Assembly (NCBI GenBank): GCA_965237955.1
Contig: OZ250169.1
Span: forward strand, 928,001-992,000
Length of the DNA: 64,000 nt
Source: Candidatus Marinacidobacterales bacterium
GTDB lineage: Bacteria > Acidobacteriota > Vicinamibacteria > Marinacidobacterales > SMYC01
Direction of reading: 5' to 3'
Shown here piece after piece: positions 33,736 through 45,608 of the stretch. Under the pieces are notes generated by a model. The model saw only the letters and a list, made by a program, of their open reading frames with translations, was not told the DNA's origin and did not search any database. Numbering within the stretch: position 1 is the first letter of the stretch; each line of letters starts with the position of its first letter. The position numbers and the translations under genes are program-made.

Positions 33736-35274
33736 ATGGACTATCCACGCGAGTACAACACCGCTGTCGATCTCGTCGACCGGAATGTCGAGGCAGGGCG
33801 AGGCGAAAAAGTTGCCTTCATCGATCCCGAGCGGTCGTTGACCTATGGCGGGCTGCGCGAGGAGTGCGCGCGCTTCGGCCACCTACTTTGCGACCATGGG
33901 CTCGGCGCCGAGAGCCGCATCGCCATGCTGGTGCTGGACACCGTCGACTTCCCCGTGGTTTTTCTCGGCGCCATCCGCGCCGGCGTCATTCCCGTCGCTT
34001 TGAACACCCTGCTGACCACGGATCAGTACCGCTATATTCTCGGCGATTGCCGCGCGCGGGCGTTGTTCATCTCAGCGCCCCTGTTGCCCACGGTGGAGCC
34101 GATACTGGACGAGCTGCCTTTGCTCGAGCACATCTTCGTAGTCGGTGGCGACAGCGGCCGCCACCGTGACTTCGCTGCCGAGCTCGCTTCCTGGCCGGCG
34201 GACGGCGGGCCGGTACAGACCTGCGCCGACGAGACAGCCTTCTGGCTGTACTCGTCGGGGTCCACGGGTATGCCCAAGGGCGTGCGCCACGTCCACTCGA
34301 GCCCCATGGAAACCGCGCGTCTCTACGGTCAGGAGATCATCGGCCTCAACGAGGACGACGACGTGTTCTCGGCGGCGAAGCTTTTTTTCGCCTACGGACT
34401 CGGTAACGCCCTGTCCTTCCCTATGTCCGTAGGCGCCACCGCGGTGTTGTGGCCGCAGCGGCCGACGCCGGACGTCATACTCGAGCAGCTGAAGAAGCAC
34501 CAGGTCACGGTGTTCTTCGGCGTGCCGACCTTGTACGCGGCGATGCTCGCCGATCCCGAGTGCAAACCCGAGAACAGCTCGGCGCGCCTGCGCCGCTGCA
34601 TCTCCGCGGGCGAAGCATTGCCCGAAGAGCTCGGCAAGACCTGGAAGGCGCGTTTCGGCGTCGACGTCCTCGACGGCGTCGGTTCCACCGAGATGCTGCA
34701 CATCTTTCTCAGCAATCGTCCCGGCGACGTGCGTTACGGCCGCTCGGGAAAAGCCGTCCCGGGATACGAGCTACGTCTCGTGGACGAGAACGGAGCAGAC
34801 GTCGCCGGCGGCGAGGTCGGCGAGCTTCTGGTGCGCGCGCCTTCCGCCGCCGAGGGCTACTGGAACCAACGCGCCAAGAGCCGCGCGACCTTCGTCGGTG
34901 AATGGGCACACACGGGCGACAAGTACATACTCGATGCTGATGGCTACTACGAATACTGCGGGCGCACCGACGACATGTTCAAAGTCAGCGGAATCTGGGT
35001 CTCGCCCTTCGAGGTCGAATCGGCACTGATCTCTCACGACAGCGTGCTCGAGGCAGCCGTGGTGGCGGCCGAGGATGCGGAGGGACTGCTCAAGCCCAAA
35101 GCGTTCGTGGTGCTGAAACAGGGCTGCGAGGATGAAAGGCTGTTCGAAACCCTCAAGCAGCACGTGAAGACCAAGGTTGGACCCTGGAAGTACCCCCGCT
35201 GGATCGAATTCGTCTACGACTTGCCGAAAACGGCCACCGGCAAGATTCAACGCTTCAAGCTGCGCGACCCCTGA
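33736..35274 (+). CDS. Benzoate-CoA ligase family protein
   Basis: YSSGSTGMPKG, AKLFFAYGLGN, GSTEMLHIFLSN, PKTATGKIQRFKLR; boxC fragment downstream. Confidence 0.93.
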   Translation: MDYPREYNTAVDLVDRNVEAGRGEKVAFIDPERSLTYGGLREECARFGHLLCDHGLGAESRIAMLVLDTVDFPVVFLGAIRAGVIPVALNTLLTTDQYRYILGDCRARALFISAPLLPTVEPILDELPLLEHIFVVGGDSGRHRDFAAELASWPADGGPVQTCADETAFWLYSSGSTGMPKGVRHVHSSPMETARLYGQEIIGLNEDDDVFSAAKLFFAYGLGNALSFPMSVGATAVLWPQRPTPDVILEQLKKHQVTVFFGVPTLYAAMLADPECKPENSSARLRRCISAGEALPEELGKTWKARFGVDVLDGVGSTEMLHIFLSNRPGDVRYGRSGKAVPGYELRLVDENGADVAGGEVGELLVRAPSAAEGYWNQRAKSRATFVGEWAHTGDKYILDADGYYEYCGRTDDMFKVSGIWVSPFEVESALISHDSVLEAAVVAAEDAEGLLKPKAFVVLKQGCEDERLFETLKQHVKTKVGPWKYPRWIEFVYDLPKTATGKIQRFKLRDP

Positions 35275-35325
35275 GCGCGCCGCTCGTCACGCCATGAACG
35301 GCGCCGCTGGACACGGATGGAGCGA

Positions 35326-35375
35326 AGCATTATTAGTCATCAGGTTGATTGGATGAAATTGCACTATTTTTCATG
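35326..35375 (+). promoter_or_regulatory. Possible BoxR/BzdR-type operator upstream of boxC
   Basis: AT-rich patch with TTGCACTATTTTTCAT and AGCATTATTAGTCAT; these regulators bind TGCA-containing boxes. Confidence 0.3.
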
Positions 35376-35672
35376 ATTGTCGACTTCCAGACTGATCCGT
35401 CCAGGTACCGGCATTGGAAGCTCGTGCTCGACGGCGCGGTTGCCGAGCTGGTCATGGATGTCGTCGAGCACTGCGGGCTCTTCGACGGCATCCCGCTCAA
35501 GCTCAATTCCTATGACCTCGGTGTGGACATCGAGCTCCACGACGCGACGCAGCGGCTGCGCTTCGAGCATCCCGGGGTCAAGGCGGTGGTGCTGCGTTCC
35601 GGCAAGGACCGGGTGTTCTGCTCCGGCGCCAACATCCGCATGCTGGCGCTCGCAAGCCATGGCCACTTTTGA
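35373..35672 (+). pseudogene. boxC: N-terminal fragment of benzoyl-CoA-dihydrodiol lyase
   Basis: DFQTDPSRYRHWKL, KLNSYDLGVDIEL, QRLRFEHP, FCSGANIRML. Confidence 0.88.
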
Positions 35673-35789
35673 GTGACGAACGCATCGAGCTGTTGAACTC
35701 CTTTCGACATAGGGGAGTGAATTCAAGTGGCCGGGCGTGGCAGAGGCAAGGTCCTAAGCTGGCCCGCGGCCGGGCGTTCCAGTTTCTTG

Positions 35790-36111
35790 ACCACACGAGG
35801 ATGTCGATCCCCGTCGTCATGCGGGTGGGGGGATCGTGCTTCCAAAGCTCAATCCCGGTGCTGCCGTCGGCGGCGTCGAAGAACAAGGCGCCGTTCACTG
35901 CCGTCAGCTCGGCAGGAAACGACGAGCTGCCACCGGGGAAGACATCGGCAACCCGCGCGGTCAAGCCGGTGGCTGGATCATGCTTCCAAAGCTCGACCCC
36001 CGTGATGCCGTCGTCGGCGATGAAGAACAAGGCGCCGTTCACCGCCGTCAGCTGGAAAGGAACCGACGAGCCGCCACCGGGGAAGATGTCGGTTGCGCGG
36101 TTGAATGGCAA
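35790..36111 (-). pseudogene. ELWxxDGT-like repeat protein fragment (two 144-bp units)
   Basis: DIFPGGGSS.P..LTAVNGALFF.A.DG.TG.ELWKHDP twice. Confidence 0.75.
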
Positions 36112-36234
36112 TAGCCGCCGCCGCCCTTTGGATGCGACGAGGCTTTCCTACGGCCGATATGAGCCTTGATCGAGGGGCGTCCAAGCCGACACAGAACCCG
36201 GAGCGCCATCGGCTACCTTGCCGGGATTACTTTA

Positions 36235-36657
36235 TCAATAGCCAGGCTCCGGCGGGGGTGAGCTCGCACCTACTCGGATCGAGCCCTTCATGTCACAACA
36301 GTTCGAGTGCGCGGTGCAGGCGTACTCGAATGTCCTTCCGTCGTCCCCGCCGCCGAAGGTTCTTTCGAAAGTGGCCCCCGGCTGCGTGAACACTAAGCCG
36401 CTATCCCAGGCTCCGTCCTTGGCAGTGGACGTGTGGGTTGGGTCGGCGCCCCGGTGAACCCAGCGCACCATCTGGCCGGCCTGAATCGTGATCGACTTGG
36501 GCCGGTATTCATTCTCGAAGATCTCAACCGTAACCACTACGGGGGAAGGCGCCGCCGTCGTCGTTGCGGTCGGCGAGTTGCTGCCACCTCCGTTGCCGCA
36601 GCCAAACACCATGAGACCCACCATTAGAGATGGGATAGCCGTTATTTTCTTTAACAT
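36235..36657 (-). CDS. Cupredoxin (plastocyanin/azurin-like) lipoprotein
   Basis: Lipobox VFGC, HTST, YACTAH...MKG copper ligands; GGAGG SD. Confidence 0.8.
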   Translation of the reverse strand: MLKKITAIPSLMVGLMVFGCGNGGGSNSPTATTTAAPSPVVVTVEIFENEYRPKSITIQAGQMVRWVHRGADPTHTSTAKDGAWDSGLVFTQPGATFERTFGGGDDGRTFEYACTAHSNCCDMKGSIRVGASSPPPEPGY

Positions 36658-36852
36658 GTTCTGCCTCCAAATGCGGCCCATCGGGCTCCAACAAGAGATG
36701 ATCCCCACAGGATAACCCTCAGGTAAGCAAGCCGCGTGCCAAGATGGAAGGGCGGCGGGCTTCTAAAGGATTAGAACTGCAGGGGATCGCCTCACGCGGG
36801 ATCGTGGGGAAGCGACGAGACTTTACGAGACTCGTAAGGCGAGTCACTCTTA

Positions 36853-38779
36853 GGGCCGGCGACAAAATAAGTTCCCGTTTTCAAGACGGTCGGATGGTGT
36901 AGTTCCATTTGGGTAGAGTCTGGTCCTTTGTAACGGAAAGCGCCTGCATCCGCTCGTCAGTGATTTTGACGCCCTTCGGATAACGACGCCGGATAAGGTG
37001 TGCGCGTACTCGCAAACCGGAAGAGGTGGTGGTCGTGCGGATGTATTTGAGGATGGTTTCGTAGCTGTCGAGAGGCCTGCCCGCCCAGTTCTTGCTGATC
37101 TCGCTGAACAGACGGTGCTCCACTGGATTCCACTTGGATGTACCGGACGGATAGTGGGCTATGGTGATAGCGATGTCGTGGCGATTGCAAATCCGCGTTT
37201 GAAGCCCGTGCTTCCAACCCCGACACCGATAGCCATTGCTGCCCCCGGCGTCTGCCAATATCGCGAGGTCACGGGCTGCAGGATAGCGTCGCCGTCCTTC
37301 CGTTCGCCACCACTTCTCGATGGCATTCACGGCGAAGTCCGGGGTGTTGTACGAGGTACCAATGAACACTGTCCCGCGGTTCGCGAGCAGATCGTAGACG
37401 CCGTAGGGGATTGCGATGCCGTTCGATTCGGAACGGAAGTCATGGTCTTTGACGAGAGTCGGCTCACGGTTCCAGGCCTGCCCGCCGTTTTTGAATAATC
37501 CCACCAGCTCCCGTTTCTTCGTGTCTACGCTGATGATGGGATGACCAGCTGCGGCAAAACGCTCGCGCAGTTCGGCGATACACGCGAATTGGGTATCGCG
37601 ATCTTCGGACGTGGCACCGCACAGCTTCTTGTGGTTCACCCGCAACGAGAAGCCGAGCTGTTTGAGCAGTCGACCGACGGTTTTGCTGCTGACGTTCACA
37701 CCGAGGCTTCTTAGCTCGCAAGCAATCTTGTCGGTGGTCCGCCGCGTCCATTTCACTCCCGTCATCGGATCGCCCGCGGTGTCGTGCTTCATGAGTTCTT
37801 CGATCTTGGCGATGACTTCTGGCGTTTTTTTTTGCACGGCGCGCCGTCCGCCACCCTTTCGCCGAACTCCGTCGAGCTCAACATCTCTCATTAGGAATTC
37901 CCTACGACCTCTGGCTACCGTGCTCGGATCCATCCCGAGCAGTTCGGCAATCTGTTGGTCGCCACCGTGACCGAGCTTCATGGCCTCGACTCCCGCGTAG
38001 AGACGGCGCTGCTTTTCATCGAGCAGGCTGTAGAAAAGAACGATCGCAGCCTTCAACTCCACGGGGAGCACGCGGACTCCCCCGACCCAGCCCAACGTGG
38101 AAGGTGACGCCTCATGTACCTGGCGGGCCGAGAGCTGTTGCTTGCGCGTGCTCACATCGGTGGCCAGATACAGATATCGGCCGAACACCTGCTCGCGCGC
38201 CAATCTTTTCTCTCGGACCAGTTTCAACAGAGGAGCCTTGACGTCAACCTGCACCACGTCCTCGAGCTCGTCGACGTAGTAGCCTGCCTCACAGGCCGCG
38301 ACCAACGCTTTTACCGTCGCAAGCAACGTCCCGTACTTCGAGAACCACACTGAGCGCAACGACCAAAGACCTTTTCGATCGAACTGGGCGATCTCGTCCA
38401 ACGTGTAGTAGCTACCACGGTGGGAGTAGCTTGTCCGATACGCCAACTCATTGAGCTTTCGGAAGACGGTCGAGTCCACATCGGTACCCAACACTGCCTT
38501 CAAATCATCGAGGGTAGCTATTTTGTGCTTCCTCAACAGGCGGTCGAGATCTTCAGACTGATAGCTCGTAGGTCTCATAATAGGAGAAGTGCTCCTTGAT
38601 AGGCGTAATCCTCCCTAAAATGAGGACCGTTTGTCAAACACGCGCTGGTTGCTGAAGATCTACAAATGTTCCGTTTCTAGGGAGCTTGCCAGGCTCTCGT
38701 GATGCCAGACGACATCGCGATCACGACCTGAAACAGGAAGAGTGTGCTCAAAACTAGACAGTTATTTTGTCGGCGGCCC
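36853..38779 (-). mobile_element. ISAzo13-family element
   Basis: 18-bp IR GGGCCG(G/C)CGACAAAATAA with TTA on both flanks. Confidence 0.9.
36881..38578 (-). CDS. ISAzo13-family transposase with N-terminal extension
   Basis: AGDPM, ISVDTKKRELVG, ADAGGSNG, SKWNPVEHRLFS, WNYTI. Confidence 0.92.
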   Translation of the reverse strand: MRPTSYQSEDLDRLLRKHKIATLDDLKAVLGTDVDSTVFRKLNELAYRTSYSHRGSYYTLDEIAQFDRKGLWSLRSVWFSKYGTLLATVKALVAACEAGYYVDELEDVVQVDVKAPLLKLVREKRLAREQVFGRYLYLATDVSTRKQQLSARQVHEASPSTLGWVGGVRVLPVELKAAIVLFYSLLDEKQRRLYAGVEAMKLGHGGDQQIAELLGMDPSTVARGRREFLMRDVELDGVRRKGGGRRAVQKKTPEVIAKIEELMKHDTAGDPMTGVKWTRRTTDKIACELRSLGVNVSSKTVGRLLKQLGFSLRVNHKKLCGATSEDRDTQFACIAELRERFAAAGHPIISVDTKKRELVGLFKNGGQAWNREPTLVKDHDFRSESNGIAIPYGVYDLLANRGTVFIGTSYNTPDFAVNAIEKWWRTEGRRRYPAARDLAILADAGGSNGYRCRGWKHGLQTRICNRHDIAITIAHYPSGTSKWNPVEHRLFSEISKNWAGRPLDSYETILKYIRTTTTSSGLRVRAHLIRRRYPKGVKITDERMQALSVTKDQTLPKWNYTIRPS

Positions 38780-39384
38780 TTAGTGTCTGTGTTTGCGACC
38801 GGGCCAAGGGCCGTAGGCTTTACAATCGTCTTGGGTGGGCGGGTCGTCACCATGCAGATGACCACCTAGTCAAGAGCGAATATCGAAGCGTGTTCCTGAA
38901 GCTGTTTCCACGCTACGTCGGTCGAGCCCACCGAGGGGCTACCGTCGCCGGCGACAATCTACGCGGCACGGTAGTAGTAGTTGAGAATGCCCCTAAGTCG
39001 CTCTCGCGACACGATGGGGCCAGCGTCATTCGCGCTTGCCGGCAGAGGTGTGATGAGCTCGTTGCCGAGACCTTGGTGGTTCCGTTCTGTGTGATAGTGC
39101 ACTACGTATTCGGTTACCGCTGTCCGCAGGTGTCGCTCACTGAGAGGTACGAAGCGGTCGAGACATTCTCGACGTATGGAGAGAACGAATCTTTCCGCGT
39201 ATGCGTTCAGATTCGGACTACTGGCAGGAAGGCGGAGGGGCTTCACGCCTGAATCTCTCAACAGCCCACGTACCGCCTCGGTGAATAGTGGGTCCCGGTC
39301 GTGGATGAGGTATCGCTTGCCAAGGAGGAAACCATCCCACATGTCAGTGAGGTTTGAACCGCCCCGGGTTTTCCGGAGACTGTT

Positions 39385-40612
<1,228 letters not shown>

Positions 40613-41468
40613 GACTCCATCCTCTCAAGAGTTGGAGTCTCCGGAAAACCCGGGGCGGTTCAGTTTCTTGCCACCTGCTTCATCCACTCCCCGTTGGGGT
40701 CCGACGTTATCCCACCGATGCACACGCAGCGAGTGGCGATATCGATGACAAACAGGACATGGTAGCGGACGAGCCCGAACGGGTTCACAACCTCGACGGT
40801 GAACAGGTCTGTCGCAGCGATGGCACCCCAATGAGCCTTGATGAAGGTGCTCCACGACATGCTCCTGCCCCGCTCCGGCGCAGGAGCGATACCGTGCTCG
40901 GCGAGGAGCCTCTTGATAGTGTTGCGTCCGAGTTCATGTCCTAGGTTCTTGAGTGCGCCTCGCAGGCGCGTATATCCCCACGTCGGGTTCTCCCGCGCCA
41001 CGCGCACAATGAGCTCACGGATGTCCTTCGCCGTCGGAGGTCGGCCTGGGCTCCGGTTCTTGCTGCCATCGTACTTGGCTGCGATGAGGCAGCGGTACCA
41101 GCGCAGAAGCGTAGCGGGTGTGGCAACGGACGCAATCTGGGCCAGCGCCTCGCGGCCCAAAGCCTGGGCCTTGACGGCGAGCCTGCGCCGCTCGTCGTCC
41201 GAGAGACTGAGACGCTTGCCCCGAAGCCCGGCTCGGAGCACACGGTTTTCCTCTCGCAGGTAGTCGATCACATCCTGCTGCTGACCCAGCCAGCCAGAAC
41301 GAGCAGTAGGAATTGCACGTGGTACGTCATGATGGAACTGAAGATAACACCTGCCGCGGCCGAACCCCGGGCGATGTGGGGCTGGTTTCGGGGGGTTGCT
41401 GGGGTATGGCCTGGCTCGAGAAGACGCTTCCTGAGGCATTCTCGCGCGTCGTTTTGGCGCCGCATCGT

Positions 41469-41548
41469 CTGCTCATACGCCGCTCGCCAACGGCGATCTC
41501 ACCGAGTGAACCCATCGGCGCATAAAGCGTGAACAGGAGGAAGCGCAC
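41469..41548 (-). pseudogene. cas5: N-terminal 26 codons of type I-E Cas5
   Basis: MRFLLFTLYAPMGSLGEIAVGERRMS immediately downstream of cas7; cut at an rve-element end. Confidence 0.8.
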
Positions 41549-41552
41549 GACG

Positions 41553-42605
41553 TTAACTCACTGCGAAGTCTATAAGGTCCGGCAACGCACCCGCGCCGGT
41601 TAGAACATTCACCGTGTCACGGTCCTCGGCGCAGGGTCCGTATGTTTTATCGAGCCGGTCGCGAAAACTTTCCAGCGCCGTAATGGAACGGCCACCGTAA
41701 TCGTCATTTCCGGAAATCGGGTCGAGGAAGGCGGCAGCGAGGCTGCGCGGTTGACCCGAGCCTTTTTCGCATAGCGCGTAGAGGGCATAGGCGCGACTCG
41801 CGAAACTCGCCTGCTTGCCCCTTGGCGCGACGGTGGCAGCGGCTTCCACCAGGGCGGCCAAGCTTGCGTCCTGCACAGCCCGCGTACCGTCGAGATTGCG
41901 GAGCAACAGATCGCGGTCGACGCAAATATAGAGATAGAAGACGCCAGCGCCGAATTCCTGCACGCCAATAAATCCGGCCCCGGAATCCTCAGCTTCACCG
42001 CGCGACTTGAGGTCGTCGACGGCGGTGTAGTAATCGTCCTCGGCGACCGCGCGATGCGTGGTGATGGCGTGCGCTACCTGCACGGCGGCTTCGCGGTTGA
42101 ATTTCGGATTGTCGGCCAGCATCCGCCCGAACATGGCGATATCGGCGGCCGTGTCGGTCTTGCGCAACAGATCGGCGGCTTTGGGCTCAATGGTTTCTCC
42201 GGACAGCGCGCGGTCGGCGAGCGCCAGGGCTTCCGCCCGTTCTGCGGGCGAGACGAAGGCAAGCTGTTCGATGAAGGTAGGATCCTTGTCGCCTTCTTTG
42301 TGGATTTTGCCGAAGACACCGGCGATCACACGCGACACCTCCACGGCTTTGCCTTCATCCATCTCGCCGTTGAGCAAATAATCATAAATCTCTTTGCCCA
42401 GACGTTGCGTGCGGCTCGCGAGGTGTCCGCCGAGCTTCGCCTGGAACGCATTGGACTCTCGCCATGCCCGTTTCAAGCTTTGCGAGGACACACGCAGGCG
42501 TGGTGTGCCGCCGAAGACGGCGCTTTTCGGCCTACCGGTATCGTCCCGGTTTAGGTTGGACGGGCCGTAGGCGGTAAGAAGATGCAGTTGTAGGAAATCG
42601 GCCAT
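41553..42605 (-). CDS. cas7: Type I-E CRISPR-associated Cas7/Cse4/CasC
   Basis: FLQLHLLT..PSNLNRDDTGRPK, RVSSQSLKR, DIAMFGRMLA, QVAHAITTH, DDYYTAVDDL, GKQASFA. Confidence 0.96.
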   Translation of the reverse strand: MADFLQLHLLTAYGPSNLNRDDTGRPKSAVFGGTPRLRVSSQSLKRAWRESNAFQAKLGGHLASRTQRLGKEIYDYLLNGEMDEGKAVEVSRVIAGVFGKIHKEGDKDPTFIEQLAFVSPAERAEALALADRALSGETIEPKAADLLRKTDTAADIAMFGRMLADNPKFNREAAVQVAHAITTHRAVAEDDYYTAVDDLKSRGEAEDSGAGFIGVQEFGAGVFYLYICVDRDLLLRNLDGTRAVQDASLAALVEAAATVAPRGKQASFASRAYALYALCEKGSGQPRSLAAAFLDPISGNDDYGGRSITALESFRDRLDKTYGPCAEDRDTVNVLTGAGALPDLIDFAVS

Positions 42606-42623
42606 GAAATACCTCCGATTCGG

Positions 42624-43130
42624 TCAGGTTGAAGGGGAAGCGGGTGAAGAATCGGGCATGGGCGCTTGCGGTCGCACACTCTCAAAAACGTGGTAGTAGT
42701 CGAATATCCAGCGCTTCCTCACGCTGTCACCCCAGTGTAAAACGGCGAAGGACAAATCACGAACATTGGCCTTTCCCTTGTTCAGACGAATAAGGCGACG
42801 CATCGCGTCCATGAGTTCGCCGTCGTCGGTTTGCAGCAGGCGACGAAAACGGCCTTCGGACATGACTGCCGATTCGTCATCGTCGAGCGAGATGCGCCCG
42901 ATGGCGCGCGCGATGCCCTGGGTGTCGGACTCATCAACGAACGCCAGGACGCCAGCAAGGATGGCGACTCGCTCCGGATTTTCATTAGGCAGTCTTGCGA
43001 TTAAGCGGAGCGCCTCGGACTCATACATGACCTCAAGCGGCGTTGCGGCCCGGCGCAGGTGCGCCCGCGACGCTCGTCGCCCCCCGCGCGTTGCGCGGCG
43101 TCCAGATTCGACCGGTGAGTGTCTCGACCA
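42624..43130 (-). CDS. cse2: Type I-E small subunit Cse2/CasB (Cas11); start uncertain, possibly 5'-damaged
   Basis: RAHLRRAATP upstream of the ORF-track ATG, MSEGRFRRLL, C-terminal W..DYY; directly upstream of cas7. Confidence 0.85.
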   Translation of the reverse strand, partial: WSRHSPVESGRRATRGGRRASRAHLRRAATPLEVMYESEALRLIARLPNENPERVAILAGVLAFVDESDTQGIARAIGRISLDDDESAVMSEGRFRRLLQTDDGELMDAMRRLIRLNKGKANVRDLSFAVLHWGDSVRKRWIFDYYHVFESVRPQAPMPDSSPASPST

Positions 43131-43485
43131 TGTGATCGTCCTCGACGAGCGGCTGTCCCTTCCATAAACTTGAGCTGCATCTTCACCGCACGCGGTCGCT
43201 CTCTACGTCATTTTGTGGCGGTCGTGCGCGTCTCAGTTACCGTCTGCCTCACGGAATCTGACGCAGCCCAGTTTCCCACGTTCTCCTGGCCGACCGATCA
43301 GACAACGGCTGCCTGATCAACAGCGAATGTCGCAAGCACCGGACGATGTTTCCAAGAACGAACTTTTTCCTGCAGCGGACACCCGGGTGTGTGGGAGAAT
43401 TGAGCCTTGCCCAATCGCCCGGCATTGGAGTGAGGGAAGAAAGTCGGCCTATCTTCAAGGCCAAGAATATCAGGAAGATCTGAGC

Positions 43486-45468
43486 ATGGAGGGAAGCCGA
43501 CTCAACTGGATCGCCAACTTCATCTGGGGCATCGCGGATGATGTGCTGCGCGACCTCTACGTTCGCGGCAAGTATCGGGATGTGATCTTGCCCATGACCG
43601 TGCTGCGGCGGCTCGACTCGCTCCTTGAGCCGAGCCAGCCGGCCGTGCTGGAGATGAAAACCTCTCTAGACAAGGCGAAGATCATCCACCAGGATCAGGC
43701 ACTGCGTCAGGCTGCTGGTCAGTCTTTCTACAACACATCGAAGTTCACGCTGCGCGACCTCAAGGCCCGTTCCAGCCAACAGCAGCTCAAGGCTGACTTT
43801 GAGGCGTATCTTGACGGTTTCTCGCCGAATGTCCAGGACATCCTGGAGAAGTTCGAGTTTCGGAACCAGATTCCCCGCCTATCCAAGGCCGATGCCCTCG
43901 GCACGCTGATCGAGAAGTTCCTCTCGCGGGACGTGAACCTGAGTCCCCACCCGGTCCTCCATGGTGACGGGTCGATCAAGCACCCCGGCCTGGATAACCA
44001 CGCGATGGGCACGATCTTCGAGGAGCTGGTCCGCCGCTTCAACGAGGAGAACAACGAGGAGGCCGGCGAGCACTGGACCCCGCGCGATGCCGTGACGCTG
44101 ATGGCGAAGCTGGTCTTCTTGCCTGTCGCCGACCAGATCGACTCGGGGACCTACCTGGTATACGACGGCGCCTGCGGCACGGGTGGCATGTTGACAGTGG
44201 CCGAGAAGACGTTGACGCAGCTCGCCGAGCAGCGCGGCAAGCAGGTCGCCACCCATCTCTACGGCCAGGAGATCAACTCCGAAACCTACGCCATCGCCAA
44301 GGCGGATCTCCTCCTCAAGGGCGAGGGAGAAGCCGCCGACAACATCGTCGGGGGGCCGGAACACTCGACGCTCTCCAACGACGCCTTTCCGTCTCGCGAG
44401 TTCGACTTCATGCTCTCCAACCCGCCCTACGGCAAGAGCTGGAAGAACGACCTGGAGCGTCTGGGTGGCAAGGCGGGCATCAAGGACCCGCGCTTTCTGA
44501 TCGAACACGGCGGTGATGCTGAGTACTCGCTCATCACCCGCTCCAGCGACGGTCAGATGCTGTTCCTGGCGAACATGCTCTCGAAGATGAAGCGCGACAC
44601 CCCGTTGGGGAGCCGCATCGCCGAGGTCCACAACGGCAGCTCGCTCTTCACCGGAGACGCCGGTCAGGGGGAGAGCAACATCCGCCGCTGGATCATAGAG
44701 AACGACTGGCTGGAGGCGATCGTCGCCCTGCCGCTCAACATGTTTTACAACACCGGCATCGCCACCTACATCTGGGTGTTGACCAACCGCAAGCCTGAGC
44801 CCCGTCGAGGCAAAGTACAGTTGATCGACGCTACCGGGTGGTACCGGCCGCTCCGCAAAAACCTCGGCAAGAAGAACTGCGATCTGTCCGAGGAGGACAT
44901 CACCCGCATCTGCGACACGTTCCTGGCCTTCGAGGAGACCGAGCAGTCGAAGATCTTTCCGAACGCCGCCTTCGGGTACTGGAAGGTGACAGTCGAGCGA
45001 CCCCTCCGGCTCACGGGGATCGACCCCGACCGGGCTTACGCGGCGAAGGAGGTCAAGGCGCTCAAGGAAACCGCCGCGCGGGACGAGAGTGCCCCGCCCG
45101 TTATCAGGAAGATCCACAAGCGCGGTATCGACCCCAACCCGCTGGTCGGCCTGTTCACGGCGACCGTCAGCGGGAAGCGATGCGTCGTCGAGTACGAGCC
45201 GGACAGCGACCTGCGTGACACCGAGCAAGTGCCGCTATTGGAGGAGGGCGGCGTCGAGGCGTTCCTGCGCCGTGAGGTGCTCCCGCACGCAGCCGACGCC
45301 TGGTACGTCTCGGACAGTGTCAAGACCGGCTATGAGATCAGCTTCACCCGCTACTTCTACAAGCCGCAGCCGCTCCGCACGCTGGAGGAGATCCGCGCCG
45401 ACATCCTGGCGGTGGAGAAGGAGACCGAGGGGCTGCTCGGCGACATTCTCAATATCTCGGAGAATTAG
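43486..45468 (+). CDS. hsdM: Type I restriction-modification methyltransferase subunit
   Basis: NFIWGIADDVLRD, AGEHWTPRD, YDGACGTGGML, NPPY, GYEISFTRYFY. Confidence 0.95.
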   Translation: MEGSRLNWIANFIWGIADDVLRDLYVRGKYRDVILPMTVLRRLDSLLEPSQPAVLEMKTSLDKAKIIHQDQALRQAAGQSFYNTSKFTLRDLKARSSQQQLKADFEAYLDGFSPNVQDILEKFEFRNQIPRLSKADALGTLIEKFLSRDVNLSPHPVLHGDGSIKHPGLDNHAMGTIFEELVRRFNEENNEEAGEHWTPRDAVTLMAKLVFLPVADQIDSGTYLVYDGACGTGGMLTVAEKTLTQLAEQRGKQVATHLYGQEINSETYAIAKADLLLKGEGEAADNIVGGPEHSTLSNDAFPSREFDFMLSNPPYGKSWKNDLERLGGKAGIKDPRFLIEHGGDAEYSLITRSSDGQMLFLANMLSKMKRDTPLGSRIAEVHNGSSLFTGDAGQGESNIRRWIIENDWLEAIVALPLNMFYNTGIATYIWVLTNRKPEPRRGKVQLIDATGWYRPLRKNLGKKNCDLSEEDITRICDTFLAFEETEQSKIFPNAAFGYWKVTVERPLRLTGIDPDRAYAAKEVKALKETAARDESAPPVIRKIHKRGIDPNPLVGLFTATVSGKRCVVEYEPDSDLRDTEQVPLLEEGGVEAFLRREVLPHAADAWYVSDSVKTGYEISFTRYFYKPQPLRTLEEIRADILAVEKETEGLLGDILNISEN

Positions 45469-45608
45469 CAATGACAGACGCGCCCAAGGTTTATCTCGTC
45501 AGAGCTGGCCGAAATGGTGAAGATGAGGACTACGCGCTAACGCATAATCTCGCCATCATAGGCTTTCAGAATGTGCCATCTCTAGAAGGGACGAAAGGCT
45601 ATGATGAG

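Noticed and set aside
43879-45228. Long antisense ORFs (449 aa opposite hsdM; similar ones opposite PSD1, BtuF-like and hsdR)
   Set aside because: Shadow frames expected in high-GC coding DNA; no motifs, and the opposite strand has a clear gene
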